Shown here piece after piece: positions 29,171-38,501 of a stretch of 64,000 bases of DNA (position 1 is its first letter; each line of letters begins with the position of its first letter). The stretch lies in the NCBI GenBank assembly GCA_965205645.1, contig OZ242172.1, forward strand, positions 896,122 through 960,121. Reading direction: 5' to 3'. The translations under genes were made by a program, and so were the position numbers. The notes under the pieces were generated by a model. That model did not search any database. It worked only from the letters and a program-made list of their open reading frames with translations, and was not told the DNA's origin. The stretch comes from Bdellovibrionales bacterium (GTDB taxonomy: Bacteria > Bdellovibrionota > Bdellovibrionia > Bdellovibrionales > UBA1609).

Positions 29171-30157
29171 ATGAAAAACAAATTTCATATGAGAAATAGA
29201 TCTCATATAAGGAAAAAACCAACTTTTAGTCATGACAGTTTTTTTAAACATTTTTATTCTGATCCAAAGCTTGCTCAAGAATTGTTACAGCTTATCTTTT
29301 CAAAAAAGGAGCTCTCTGCTTATGATTTACAACAGTTAAAAATAGAAAAAGACAGCTTTGAAGATAAAAGAGTTGATCTTATTTTTTCTATTCCTTTTAA
29401 GGTTCAGCCTAAAATTAAACTGGAGCTTTTAGTTCTTTTAGAACATAAATCGTTTCATGATAAAAATTTATTTAGCCAGCTTTTAAAATACCAAGTCTTA
29501 GTTCGGGAACACAGCATCCAACAAAGGGGTTATCCTCAGCCTATCATTCCTGTGCTATTTTATCATGGGAAGCAGCCTTTGAAGTGGAGAAGATCTCTTC
29601 AGGAAGAGGATTTTAAGTCCTTGTTTTCTAAGATTCCTGTTGAATCCAGAAAACATATGTTAAACTATGAGTTAAAGATAATAAACACTCAGGATTCAAA
29701 GGTACGAGAAGCTTATAAAGGTCATCAATTAAAAGGTCGTGGTGTTATAAGGCTGTTATCTGAGGTATGGAGTATAAAGAAACCTACTCCATTAAAAGTA
29801 AAGGAAGTGTTTACTGAATTTGAAGACATATTAAAAAAATTAAAAGGCAAGAAAAAAGAAGAGATGAGTTTAAGGATAGTTCAATACTTGATAGATAATA
29901 CAGGGTTAGACTTTAAGACGTGGAAAGAAGCTGAAGAATTAATGATAGAAGAGGGGATTTTAACGAGGGGAGGTGTTATGGACATCAGAGAGTTTATTAA
30001 AGAACAAGGTCGTTGGGAAGGTCGGCAACAGCTTATTTTAAATATGCTGAAAAAGAAGGTAGATATTGCTTTTATTTCAGAGGTAACAGGATTGTCTGAA
30101 AAAGAAATAAAAAAGCTTAAGAATGGTTCTGATTCGAGGATAGCGGGTCGCCGCTAA
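29171..30157 (+). CDS. Rpn/YhgA-like recombination-promoting nuclease (PD-(D/E)XK, Transposase_31 family)
   Basis: HDSFFKHFYSDPKLAQELLQ...RVDLIFSIPF...LLVLLEHKSFHD...LLKY...PIIPVLFYHGK..W matches the Rpn family pattern. The last codons run into a repeat copy. Confidence 0.8.
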   Translation: MKNKFHMRNRSHIRKKPTFSHDSFFKHFYSDPKLAQELLQLIFSKKELSAYDLQQLKIEKDSFEDKRVDLIFSIPFKVQPKIKLELLVLLEHKSFHDKNLFSQLLKYQVLVREHSIQQRGYPQPIIPVLFYHGKQPLKWRRSLQEEDFKSLFSKIPVESRKHMLNYELKIINTQDSKVREAYKGHQLKGRGVIRLLSEVWSIKKPTPLKVKEVFTEFEDILKKLKGKKKEEMSLRIVQYLIDNTGLDFKTWKEAEELMIEEGILTRGGVMDIREFIKEQGRWEGRQQLILNMLKKKVDIAFISEVTGLSEKEIKKLKNGSDSRIAGRR

Positions 30158-30311
30158 TACTTGCTTGGCGAAACATAATTTACAAGATAGTGGCAATAAC
30201 GTAAATGAAGTCGCATCGAAAATGTCTCCCGCGACTCGCGGGCATAATTTACAAGATAGTGACAATAATGTAAATGCAGCCGCGTCGAAGCATCCTCCCG
30301 CGATCCGCGGG
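30140..30311 (+). repeat. GC-rich modular repeat: partial unit + 2 x 69-nt units downstream of the Rpn-like gene
   Basis: 69-nt units start at 30174 and 30243: CATAATTTACAAGATAGTG(G/A)CAATAA(C/T)GTAAATG...CCCGCGA(C/T)(T/C)CGCGGG. The HNLQ reading frame stays open across both although the locus is intergenic. Confidence 0.9.
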
Positions 30312-30403
30312 CTGGACTTAAGGTGTAGAATAGCATGATAAAAGTGTTAATTTATCACTTGTCTAATTTTTTTATTATGCTGTTTCGGTTTTTCGTTTAA
30401 ATT

Positions 30404-31774
30404 ATGAATATGTATCGTTTTTTTATAAGGACCATTACCATTGTTTCCACTTTGGTTTGTATGGGGCTTTGGTTTCAAAATTGCACGAGTGATTCCAGAT
30501 CTTTTTCTTCGGATCTAGGAAGAAGTACGCCTAAGGAATCGGATCCGGAAAAGCAGGCTAGGTGTCGAGATCAAACGGGTGATCTTTGCGAGGAATCATC
30601 TAAGTGTAAGGATATTTGTAAAGATATTTTTTCCGGTAATAGTCATAGGGATGATTGTTATGAGTTGCCGGAAGAGTTAGTGAAAAAATTTGAAAATGTT
30701 ATTGAGGCAGTAGAAGACGGTGAAGTGGAAGATATTGATGAGTTTGCTTTAGAATGTTTGTTAGACATTGAGGAAGATGAGATTGTACGGGTTGTGCGAA
30801 AACTATCTTCTTCTAAAGCGAAGAAGTTTTTTATTGATTTAGTGGAGGAAGATAATTTAGCAGACATTTTTTATGATGAAGACGATGAATTTCAAGTATT
30901 AGGAGCGATTTTGTCTGAGGTGTCTGGTAGCGGTACTGTAGATGAGCAATTGAAGGAGAAGTTAGAGGACGAAAAAAGTGTTTTATGGTTTGTGGCGGAA
31001 ACGGATGGAAAAGCTTGGAAGTGGTTAGATTCTTATGTGGAATATAGATGCGAAGAAAAAAGAGTGAGATGTACGGGCAGTTCAAAAATCGGAGCTTACT
31101 GTCAAGCTGCACCGAGTAGTCCAAGCAAGTTACAAGATTTCTTATTAGATACAGATGATACCATTGAGGAAGATTATGGGTCAGAGGTGGCCAGGTGTGG
31201 AGGATATGATTCTGATGGGTTTAAAAAATATTGTGATATACAAACAAAAGATGCGGATGATACAAGGAATGAATTAACAGAATTTGCTGTCTTATTTGAG
31301 AAAAGATACGGTTGTGATAGTTCTGATTTTAGTGCTCCTGATACAGATAAAGAAGATTTAGAGAAAGAATTTGAGGATTATTGTGGTCTTTCATCGGGCG
31401 GTATGAGCTGTGATAATACAAGCAGTGATCTTATACCAGGTAGTGATTTATTAGGTAATATAAATAGTATTACAACAGATGATAAAAAGAAGAATTTGCT
31501 TAGAGCAGTCAGTGGTGTTGGTGATGTGTATTTTAATTTTACCAGAACAGAAAACTTAGGAAGTGCTTTTCATTTAGGCTATGCCGTTGTTAAGGATTTA
31601 TGTTCAGACATTAGTGGCTGTATCAATAATTATTTTTGTTATATTTTCCGTAATGAAAATATACCGCTTAACAGTGACAATACGAAAAATGTCAGAAAGT
31701 ATATAATGGATGGAATAGACTTTATGGATGGTAGTTTTCCTCCATCTGATGAAGTTTCTGTTTGTCCTCAATAA
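30404..31774 (+). CDS. hypothetical secreted Cys-rich, highly acidic protein
   Basis: 456 aa with an N-terminal hydrophobic signal (…VCMGLWFQNC). It has many Cys and long D/E runs. I recognise no family. Confidence 0.55.
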   Translation: MNMYRFFIRTITIVSTLVCMGLWFQNCTSDSRSFSSDLGRSTPKESDPEKQARCRDQTGDLCEESSKCKDICKDIFSGNSHRDDCYELPEELVKKFENVIEAVEDGEVEDIDEFALECLLDIEEDEIVRVVRKLSSSKAKKFFIDLVEEDNLADIFYDEDDEFQVLGAILSEVSGSGTVDEQLKEKLEDEKSVLWFVAETDGKAWKWLDSYVEYRCEEKRVRCTGSSKIGAYCQAAPSSPSKLQDFLLDTDDTIEEDYGSEVARCGGYDSDGFKKYCDIQTKDADDTRNELTEFAVLFEKRYGCDSSDFSAPDTDKEDLEKEFEDYCGLSSGGMSCDNTSSDLIPGSDLLGNINSITTDDKKKNLLRAVSGVGDVYFNFTRTENLGSAFHLGYAVVKDLCSDISGCINNYFCYIFRNENIPLNSDNTKNVRKYIMDGIDFMDGSFPPSDEVSVCPQ

Positions 31775-31830
31775 ATAGTTTTTCGTAGCTTGTTTATATT
31801 ATTCACACAGTCGTGACAGACATCACTAGG

Positions 31831-31948
31831 TTTCTCTGCTTAAAAATTTTGCTCAAAGCGAGTTCGGCTTTGGTGCAGAGCGGCTGAAAGATCGCTCTGC
31901 GGCAAAACGCATGTTTGAGCTTTTGAGTAAAATTTTTAAGCAGAGAAA
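31831..31948. repeat. nested inverted repeat (long outer arms + inner 8-bp hairpin)
   Basis: The outer arms are TTTCTCTGCTTAAAAATTTTGCTCAAA (31831-57) and TTTGAGC[8-nt bulge]AAAATTTTTAAGCAGAGAAA (31914-48). The inner hairpin pairs GCAGAGCG (31875-82) with CGCTCTGC (31893-900). It lies between convergent genes. Confidence 0.75.
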
Positions 31949-31972
31949 TGTGTATATGATTGGCAAAGTTAT

Positions 31973-32102
31973 AACATGTATGCAGGGAATCGCAACGCCG
32001 GCAGGTTGCCGGTGACATTTATTTGTAAACATGATTTACACAGTTGTAACATTCGTGCAAAAAATCGCGGCGAAATGTCAGTGGCAACTTGCCGCCGCGG
32101 GG
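31973..32102 (+). repeat. two degenerate GC-rich modular repeat units
   Basis: AACATGTATGCAGGGAATCGCAACGCCGGCAGGTTGCCGGTGACA and AAACATGATTTACACAGTTGTAACATTCGTGCAAAAAATCGCGGCGAAATGTCAGTGGCAACTTGCCGCCGCGGGG both follow the box 1/box 2 consensus. Confidence 0.65.
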
Positions 32103-32105
32103 AAA

Positions 32106-33311
32106 TCACTCTTGCTTGGCGGGCAAAGGAGTAGGTGCAATAAACCTTCTATATAAAACTGGGTTGATAACAATACTACTTAGTCCTAAGAAAATCAGAA
32201 TAGAAAACATATTAGAGTCAATGTATTGCTTAGAGTAGGCCAGTTCTGCAATGATTAAATCCAATACTCCTCTTGAGTTAAGAATAATACCAAGTTGTAG
32301 AGCTTGTTTATTACTTAAGTGAATCAGTTTGCCTCCCATCCATGCACCAAAAATTTTACTAGTGAAAGCACAGCCAAGTACAAGCAGTAAAATTGGCCAT
32401 TCATTAAAAGCTTGTAGAGAAAAATGTAGTCCAATGTAAGCAAAGAAAATAGGAGTTAAAAAGTGGCGGGTGATGGAGCTTAAGGTGGCACTCATTGTAT
32501 GAAAAGCATCCGTGCCAATAATATCTCGATTAAGTAATAATCCTCCGAAAAACGCACCGATAATAAAGTGAAAACCAAGAGTTTCACTTAAGGTGGAAAA
32601 ACCTAATACAAACAGCACGCCCAGTCCAAAAATAGCTTCTGTTCCCAGATAGCTAATTAGTTTAGTAAAAAGAGCTTCTGAGGCTTGCGCGCGGGATATC
32701 TCTGACCGAAGAAATTTATTAACCAGCATGATTGCTGTAAAAAACAAGCCCATTTCAATTGTTTTAATAGAAAATATTTTTAAAAATTCAAATCCAGTTC
32801 TCACTTCTTCCATATCAAAGGTGATTCCCATACAAAGCAGCACGATAATATCTATTAAAACAGCGGATCCCATAATGAGGTGTCCGACTTTTGTGTCCAT
32901 GATGCTTAAGTTTTGTAAAAACCCAATCACAATCGGTAAAGCGGTAATGGCAAAGCAAAGTCCAATAACCAAGGCAGGTACGATACCCAGTTGAAGAATA
33001 AAGAGGCTCATAGCAAACCCTGTTGTGAAGGAAACAAGGAAACTGGTGAGTGCGCAGACGAGTGCTTTTCTCCTTAAGACGGAGAAAATATCTTGTAGAT
33101 TCATTTCCAGACCGGCTTCAAATATCAGAAGAAAGACGGCCAGCTCCATAATGCCATTTAATTCCTGACCGGGAGCGACTAATCCGGTCATGCTGATGAG
33201 CAAGCCTCCCAATATTTCACCAAAGATTTCTTGAAAACCCAGTGACTTGAACAGTCGACCAAATAGTCGCGCACAAATAAGGAGTAAAAGTAAACTGGTG
33301 ATTAAACTCAT
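32106..33311 (-). CDS. cation:proton antiporter (CPA2/Kef-type membrane domain)
   Basis: 401 aa and polytopic. The N-terminus LLLLICARLFGRLFKSLGFQEIFGEILGGLLIS is typical of Na+/H+ exchanger family proteins. Confidence 0.8.
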   Translation of the reverse strand: MSLITSLLLLLICARLFGRLFKSLGFQEIFGEILGGLLISMTGLVAPGQELNGIMELAVFLLIFEAGLEMNLQDIFSVLRRKALVCALTSFLVSFTTGFAMSLFILQLGIVPALVIGLCFAITALPIVIGFLQNLSIMDTKVGHLIMGSAVLIDIIVLLCMGITFDMEEVRTGFEFLKIFSIKTIEMGLFFTAIMLVNKFLRSEISRAQASEALFTKLISYLGTEAIFGLGVLFVLGFSTLSETLGFHFIIGAFFGGLLLNRDIIGTDAFHTMSATLSSITRHFLTPIFFAYIGLHFSLQAFNEWPILLLVLGCAFTSKIFGAWMGGKLIHLSNKQALQLGIILNSRGVLDLIIAELAYSKQYIDSNMFSILIFLGLSSIVINPVLYRRFIAPTPLPAKQE

Positions 33312-33349
33312 AAACTCTTTTGGTAGCTATTAACAAATAGGTAAGAAGT

Positions 33350-34195
33350 TTAGTAGAAAAGATCTAGTGACATTAATGTCAACTGATCGTCTGTGTATTG
33401 GGCTATGCGTAAAATCTGCTGGGTTAAATTTCGATAAGCTGAACAATGTTGAATGTTTATATCACATTCTTTTGCTTTTTGTAGACGTTCTTGTTCTAAG
33501 GGATATGCTTTCTGGGCAAAGTTTTTTGTGATCGTGCAATTTTTTTGCATAATATCACTGAGTTTTTTGTTTTGTTTTTTCCAGATAGTCAGAATTGGTC
33601 TTTTTAAGCAGCGTAAAGAGGCTTGAAGTACTTTTTGTAAAGTTTGCAGACTGTCTTTGTGTAGGACTAATCTATTTTGATTATTTAAAGCAGGAAGAAC
33701 ATTTTTCATGGAGGCATAATAACCTGAAAAATACAATGCTGGAAGATAAGTAAATACAAAAAAACTGATGTGTGTGTCTCTTTCTGCTTTGTAGGTAGCA
33801 AGACGGGTATTGTATGGATAATGTCGGCTGTTTTCAATGAGTGTTGCAGTTTTTTGGAAATAAAACATCATAGCGGTATAGTTTTTTATATGGTGTTTTT
33901 CTATCAACAATGGATCGATTGTTTTATTTGTTTTGTAATAAACTCCCATTAAATAAGCGGCATAGATATGTCCGTTACTGGCCGCTTTACCCATCCAGTG
34001 TGCACCAGTTTTTAAGTCTCCTAAACAAAATTTTGCTCGTCCAAGATGGTGCATATAGGACACATTGTCTGGTTCTATTTCTAAAGATTCTTGATAGATT
34101 TTTGATTGATCTAAATCTTTTTCTGGGGAACATCTGATGGCACCGGTTGCGTAAAAAGGGATCAAACAAATAAAATATCCAAATAATTTATACAT
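33350..34195 (-). CDS. secreted Sel1-like/TPR-like repeat protein
   Basis: I set the start at the ATG at 34195 (MYKLFGYFICLIPFYATGA signal peptide, RBS AGAGGA). The longer track ORF would read through the tRNA-Arg gene. Sel1-like GHIYAAYLMGVYY and AKFCLGDLKTGAHWMGKAA segments are present. Confidence 0.6.
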   Translation of the reverse strand: MYKLFGYFICLIPFYATGAIRCSPEKDLDQSKIYQESLEIEPDNVSYMHHLGRAKFCLGDLKTGAHWMGKAASNGHIYAAYLMGVYYKTNKTIDPLLIEKHHIKNYTAMMFYFQKTATLIENSRHYPYNTRLATYKAERDTHISFFVFTYLPALYFSGYYASMKNVLPALNNQNRLVLHKDSLQTLQKVLQASLRCLKRPILTIWKKQNKKLSDIMQKNCTITKNFAQKAYPLEQERLQKAKECDINIQHCSAYRNLTQQILRIAQYTDDQLTLMSLDLFY

Positions 34196-34232
34196 AGTTA
34201 TCCTCTTTTTTAAATATTTTATCGTTTCATGC

Positions 34233-34309
34233 TGGCGGTCACGGTAGGAATCGAACCCACGGCCTACAGTTCCGGAAACTGTCGCTCTATCCAACTGAGC
34301 TACGTGACC
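34233..34309 (-). tRNA. tRNA-Arg (anticodon CCG), CCA encoded
   Basis: The reverse complement reads GGTCACG TA GCTC AGTTGGATA GAGC G ACAGT TTCCGGA ACTGT AGGCC GTGGG TTCGATT CCTAC CGTGACC G CCA. Confidence 0.9.
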
Positions 34310-34585
34310 TCCGCTTTAATTCTGTCCGCTTTGGATTGTTTTAAAACTTCACTCACTTTGGGCCGAATAAAAGCTTTTCTTCTGTGTTGATTTTACTTGC
34401 ATAGCATGCGTTATTTATGTTGTCTATCTCTTCTGTATTTCTTTTGTGTATTTATGAGCCAAAAGTTGAATATTTTTTTACTGGTTGTTTAGATAAGAGT
34501 CAGTAGGGCATTTCTCTTAAGTGGTGTATTAGAGTGTTTGATATTTCCCTATTTCTATTTTTTTTTAAAATTTCAGGTTATAGGC

Positions 34586-34615
34586 TTGACTGAATAAAAA
34601 CTCATAAAGTAAGTT
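34586..34615 (+). promoter_or_regulatory. candidate promoter of the S10 operon
   Basis: TTGACT (34586-91), an 18-nt spacer, then TAAGTT (34610-15), about 80 nt upstream of rpsJ. Confidence 0.3.
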
Positions 34616-34692
34616 CAAGTGCGCACTACATTTGAGATCACTCTAGGACTAACAAGGAGAGGGGCCATTTTAGAGCAGGCAGGTTATCGTCA

Positions 34693-35028
34693 ATGGAAAT
34701 GGAAGGACAGAAAATACGCATTCGTCTTACTGGGTTTGATCACAAGCTATTGGATCAATCTGCTCGTGGCATTGTGGATACTGCCAAAAGGACTGGTGCG
34801 AACGTAGCCGGCCCTATTCCCTTACCGGTCAAAATCAATCGTTATACTGTTTTACGCTCTCCTCATGTGAATAAAAAATCTCGGGAACAGTTTGAAATTC
34901 GTTGTTATAAGCGATTATTAGAAATTTCAGAACCAACGTCTCAGACGATCAATCAGTTGATGAAATTAGATTTACCAGCTGGTGTGGACGTTATTATTTT
35001 TACAGGAAGTTCCAATGAAAAAAAATAA
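34693..35028 (+). CDS. rpsJ: 30S ribosomal protein S10
   Basis: [18 protein letters not shown]...[17 protein letters not shown] identifies S10. It heads the S10 operon. Confidence 0.95.
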   Translation: MEMEGQKIRIRLTGFDHKLLDQSARGIVDTAKRTGANVAGPIPLPVKINRYTVLRSPHVNKKSREQFEIRCYKRLLEISEPTSQTINQLMKLDLPAGVDVIIFTGSSNEKK

Positions 35029-35836
35029 ATCAGAAAATAAATCGGTTGCTCCAGTGAAAACAGAGCATCCGGTGACTAAAAAAATAAATGAACAACCGGA
35101 GCCTCAAAAGACGTTTAAAGAGACAAAGTCTAAAGAAGTTTCGTCAACGGCAGAGTCTTCAAAGCAGACGGTTCCAGCTCATTTGAAGTTATCAGGTTTA
35201 TATGCATTTAAATTGGGTATGTCTGCTATTTATGATGACAAAGGTATTTTTGTTCCAATTACTGTTTTACAGTTTCGTCCCTGGCTAGTTTCTCAGGTGA
35301 AAACAATGGATAAAGATGGTTATTGTAGTGTTCAATTAGCTTGTGGTCCTCAGAAGAATAAGAGGTGTTCAAAATCACTGATCACTCATTTATTAGCTGC
35401 GGGTTTTAAAGAAGGTGCCGCTTATGTACGGGAGATTCGTCAAAAATTATCTGATGATATAAAAATTGGTCAGTCTGTATCCATTCATTCATTGCAAAAA
35501 GGGGATGTCGTGACTTTAAGTGGTGTGTCTAAGGGTTGCGGTTTTGCAGGTGTGGTTAAAAGGTGGGGTTTTAAAGGAGGACCGGCTTCTCATGGAGCAA
35601 AAAAACATAGAACTACCGGTTCAATAGGTAATCGAACGGAACCAGGTCGTGTCATGCCTGGCAAGAAAATGCCTGGGCACAAAGGTGCGCGTCGGGTCAG
35701 CTTACGTAATGTAAAAGTAGTGAACGTAGTGGAAGATCAGCAATTAGTGATTATAAAAGGAGCTGTGCCTGGGGCGCGAAACTCTTTGGTGTATTTACAT
35801 AAAACCGGAATTGCCAGGAGTGTAACCAGTCAATGA
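35015..35836 (+). CDS. rplC: 50S ribosomal protein L3 (possible ~57-aa N-terminal extension)
   Basis: The L3 core starts at ...[26 protein letters not shown]. The ATG at 35015 overlaps the rpsJ end and gives a K/E/S/T-rich extension. The TTG at 35183 (MKLSGLYAF...) is an alternative start. Confidence 0.85.
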   Translation: MKKNKSENKSVAPVKTEHPVTKKINEQPEPQKTFKETKSKEVSSTAESSKQTVPAHLKLSGLYAFKLGMSAIYDDKGIFVPITVLQFRPWLVSQVKTMDKDGYCSVQLACGPQKNKRCSKSLITHLLAAGFKEGAAYVREIRQKLSDDIKIGQSVSIHSLQKGDVVTLSGVSKGCGFAGVVKRWGFKGGPASHGAKKHRTTGSIGNRTEPGRVMPGKKMPGHKGARRVSLRNVKVVNVVEDQQLVIIKGAVPGARNSLVYLHKTGIARSVTSQ

Positions 35837-36678
35837 TTAATGCAACAATTTGTAATTGGAAAAAAGAGACGGTGGGAAATGTAAATTTACCATCGGAGTG
35901 GTTTGAACAGGAATTAAATATGCATTTGGTGAATGAAGTCGTTCGTTCACAACGAGCGGCACGTCGTTCAGGTACGCACAAAGCAAAAACACGTGGAGAA
36001 GTCAGTGGTGGTGGTAAAAAACCGTTTCGCCAAAAAGGTACGGGGAATGCCCGTCAAGGATCTATTCGATCTCCATTGAATGTAGCAGGTGGTAAAACAT
36101 TTGGCCCTCGTCCTAGAAAGTATGCTTATGCATTACCAGCTAAAATGCGCCAAAAGGGATTAAAGCAAGCTTTATCTTATCTGTGGAAACAAAATAAAAT
36201 TTTTATTATGGAAAACATGCAATCATCCAGTGGAAAAACAAAAGAGTTGGCTCTTCAGTTAAAAAATTTAGGACTGCAGAAGGCTTTGTTAGTAGATGTC
36301 GAAGGAAATGCTTTATTTAAGCGGGCATGTGCCAACTTATCATCCTTTCAGTTTCTACCGGCTAAAGCTTTAAATGTATACGATGTATTAAGGTATCAAT
36401 ACTTAGTAATCAGTAAAGAAAGCATTGTGTTTTTTAAGGATAAGCAAGTGAATAAAAAGAAAGAATCACAAATAGTATCCGATGGCGAAAAAAATGAAAA
36501 AGTAGCACCAATGAAGAATCAAATTGCTAAGCCTTCATCGGCGCAAGATACTGATTCAACATTCAGTCAGCAAATGAGTCATCAAAAGGGGTTAAAAAAT
36601 CCAGTAAGTCATAGTAAAAAATCTTCTCTGACTCAGGAGCGTGGTGATGTTAAGAAGTCACTGCGAACAAAGTCATGA
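35833..36678 (+). CDS. rplD: 50S ribosomal protein L4 with ~75-aa C-terminal extension
   Basis: The L4 core (SGGGKKPFRQKGTGNARQGSIRSP) is followed by a Lys/Ser-rich tail from about residue 205. Total length is 281 aa. Confidence 0.92.
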   Translation: MINATICNWKKETVGNVNLPSEWFEQELNMHLVNEVVRSQRAARRSGTHKAKTRGEVSGGGKKPFRQKGTGNARQGSIRSPLNVAGGKTFGPRPRKYAYALPAKMRQKGLKQALSYLWKQNKIFIMENMQSSSGKTKELALQLKNLGLQKALLVDVEGNALFKRACANLSSFQFLPAKALNVYDVLRYQYLVISKESIVFFKDKQVNKKKESQIVSDGEKNEKVAPMKNQIAKPSSAQDTDSTFSQQMSHQKGLKNPVSHSKKSSLTQERGDVKKSLRTKS

Positions 36679-36953
36679 GTCAACTGATTAAACGTCCTTT
36701 ACTGACGGAGAAAAATAATATTTTAGCTGGTAAGAATGTATATGTGTTTGAGGTGGCGCTGGAGGCAGATAAACGGATAATTAAAGAACATGTAGAAAAA
36801 TATTTTGATGTAAAAGTACGTTCTATCCGAACGGCGATTTGTCGAGGAAGAGCACGTCGTGTTCAACGGAATGTGAGTCGGGTCAAGTATTGGAAAAAGG
36901 CAATTGTACGTTTGGTCGATGGAGAAAAAATCGATTTATTTGAAGGAAATTAA
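36675..36953 (+). CDS. rplW: 50S ribosomal protein L23
   Basis: 92 aa, L23-like (IKRPLLTEK...VFEV...A.K..IK..VEK.F.VKV). Conserved position. Confidence 0.93.
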   Translation: MSQLIKRPLLTEKNNILAGKNVYVFEVALEADKRIIKEHVEKYFDVKVRSIRTAICRGRARRVQRNVSRVKYWKKAIVRLVDGEKIDLFEGN

Positions 36954-36967
36954 TAAGGATATAAAAT

Positions 36968-37807
36968 ATGGGTATAAAAGTTTATAAACCGTATACTCCT
37001 GCCAATCGGAAACGATCGGTATCGGATTTTAAAGAGATTACGAAAAAGAATCCAGAAAAATCTCTATCTAAAGCTTTACGTTCTGGATCTGCTGGACGCA
37101 ATAATCGTGGTCGTATTACCATTCGATCGCGTGGTGCCGGTCATAAGCGTCGTTATCGCCTGATTGATTTTAAAAGACAGAAAGCAGATATTCCAGCTCG
37201 GGTAGCCGCTATTGAATATGATCCCAATCGGACCTGTCGTATTGCATTGATTAATTATCGGGATGGCACTCGCTCTTATATTTTAGCACCCGATGGATTA
37301 AAGTTAGATCAAGATGTGTTGTCTAGTCATACAGCGGATATTCAGCCAGGTAATAGTTTACCTTTATCCTGTATCCCTACAGGAACGGTGATTCATAACA
37401 TTGAATTATCTCCTGGGCGGGGAGGACAGTTAGCGCGTAGTGCAGGTGTGGGTGCTGTATTGGCTGCTAAGGAGACGATGTATTGTCAGATTAAAATGCC
37501 TTCCGGGGAAATGCGTCGGGTTTTGTCTGCATGCCGAGCTTCCATTGGACAATTAGGAAATATGGATAATGAAAATATTCGGTGGGGAAAAGCAGGGCGT
37601 ACGCGGTGGAAGGGATGGCGACCAAAGGTACGTGGTATGGCTATGAATCCTATTGATCATCCAATGGGTGGTGGTGAAGGAGTTGGTAAAGGGAATCATC
37701 CGATGACTCCTTGGGGAAAACCTTGTAAGGGATATCGCACAAGAAATAATAAGAGAACACAAAAAATGATTATTCGTCGTCGTTATGACAAAGGGGCTAA
37801 TGCCTAA
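36968..37807 (+). CDS. rplB: 50S ribosomal protein L2
   Basis: 279 aa. GRNN.GRIT.R.RGGGHKR and MNP.DHP.GGGEG motifs. Confidence 0.98.
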   Translation: MGIKVYKPYTPANRKRSVSDFKEITKKNPEKSLSKALRSGSAGRNNRGRITIRSRGAGHKRRYRLIDFKRQKADIPARVAAIEYDPNRTCRIALINYRDGTRSYILAPDGLKLDQDVLSSHTADIQPGNSLPLSCIPTGTVIHNIELSPGRGGQLARSAGVGAVLAAKETMYCQIKMPSGEMRRVLSACRASIGQLGNMDNENIRWGKAGRTRWKGWRPKVRGMAMNPIDHPMGGGEGVGKGNHPMTPWGKPCKGYRTRNNKRTQKMIIRRRYDKGANA

Positions 37808-37828
37808 TTTTATATATAGGAGTGAATA

Positions 37829-38110
37829 ATGGGGAGATCCGTTAAAAAAGGTCCGTTTATAGATTACCATTTGATGGAAAAAATCGATAGAGCTAGGCAA
37901 AGTGGTGATAAGAAAATTATTAAGACATGGTCTCGACGTTCAATGATTACTCCTGATGCTGTCGGTTTGACTTTTGCTGTTCATAATGGCAAAAAATTTA
38001 TTCCGGTTTTTGTATCAGAGAGTATGATTGGGCATAAGTTGGGTGAGTTTGCGCCTACACGATATTTTAGTAGTCATATTAAAGGTAAAAAGGCGGCTGA
38101 CAAAAAATAA
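37829..38110 (+). CDS. rpsS: 30S ribosomal protein S19
   Basis: [15 protein letters not shown]...[10 protein letters not shown]...[12 protein letters not shown]. Confidence 0.97.
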   Translation: MGRSVKKGPFIDYHLMEKIDRARQSGDKKIIKTWSRRSMITPDAVGLTFAVHNGKKFIPVFVSESMIGHKLGEFAPTRYFSSHIKGKKAADKK

Positions 38111-38162
38111 TTAATTGGTTTTTCCAAATAGGTGACATTATGTTTTATACAGGTGAAAAATA

Positions 38163-38495
38163 ATGGAATTAAAAGCTTCTTTGAAATATACACGAATGGG
38201 TGCACAGCGGGCACGTCTAGTGGCAGACTTAGTACGTGGCCAAAATGTCAATTATGCAGTAAGTTTATTGTCGTTTTCAAAAAAGAAAGCGGCGGGTTTA
38301 GTTAAAAAGCTTATTCAGTCAGCGGCGGCACGGGCAGTAGCTGGCAAAGTGGTGGATGTGGATAATTTATATGTTCAGACTATTTATGTGAATCAGGCTC
38401 CACATATTAAACGTTTTCGTCCAGCCGCGCGTGGACAGTCTGCTCGCCGAAATAAAAAACAAAGTCATATTCATATTGTGTTGAAGGAAAGGTAA
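38163..38495 (+). CDS. rplV: 50S ribosomal protein L22
   Basis: 110 aa. A.LKYTRMGAQRARLVADLVRGQNV..A...L.FS.KKAA. Confidence 0.95.
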   Translation: MELKASLKYTRMGAQRARLVADLVRGQNVNYAVSLLSFSKKKAAGLVKKLIQSAAARAVAGKVVDVDNLYVQTIYVNQAPHIKRFRPAARGQSARRNKKQSHIHIVLKER

Positions 38496-38501
38496 GTAAT
38501 C

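Noticed and set aside
31803-32018. 71-aa minus-strand ORF
   Set aside because: It spans the nested inverted repeat and degenerate repeat units. Structure rather than coding explains the sequence.
34196-34294. N-terminal 33 codons of the 314-aa track ORF
   Set aside because: They would translate through the tRNA-Arg gene. An internal ATG with an RBS and signal peptide at 34195 is the credible start.
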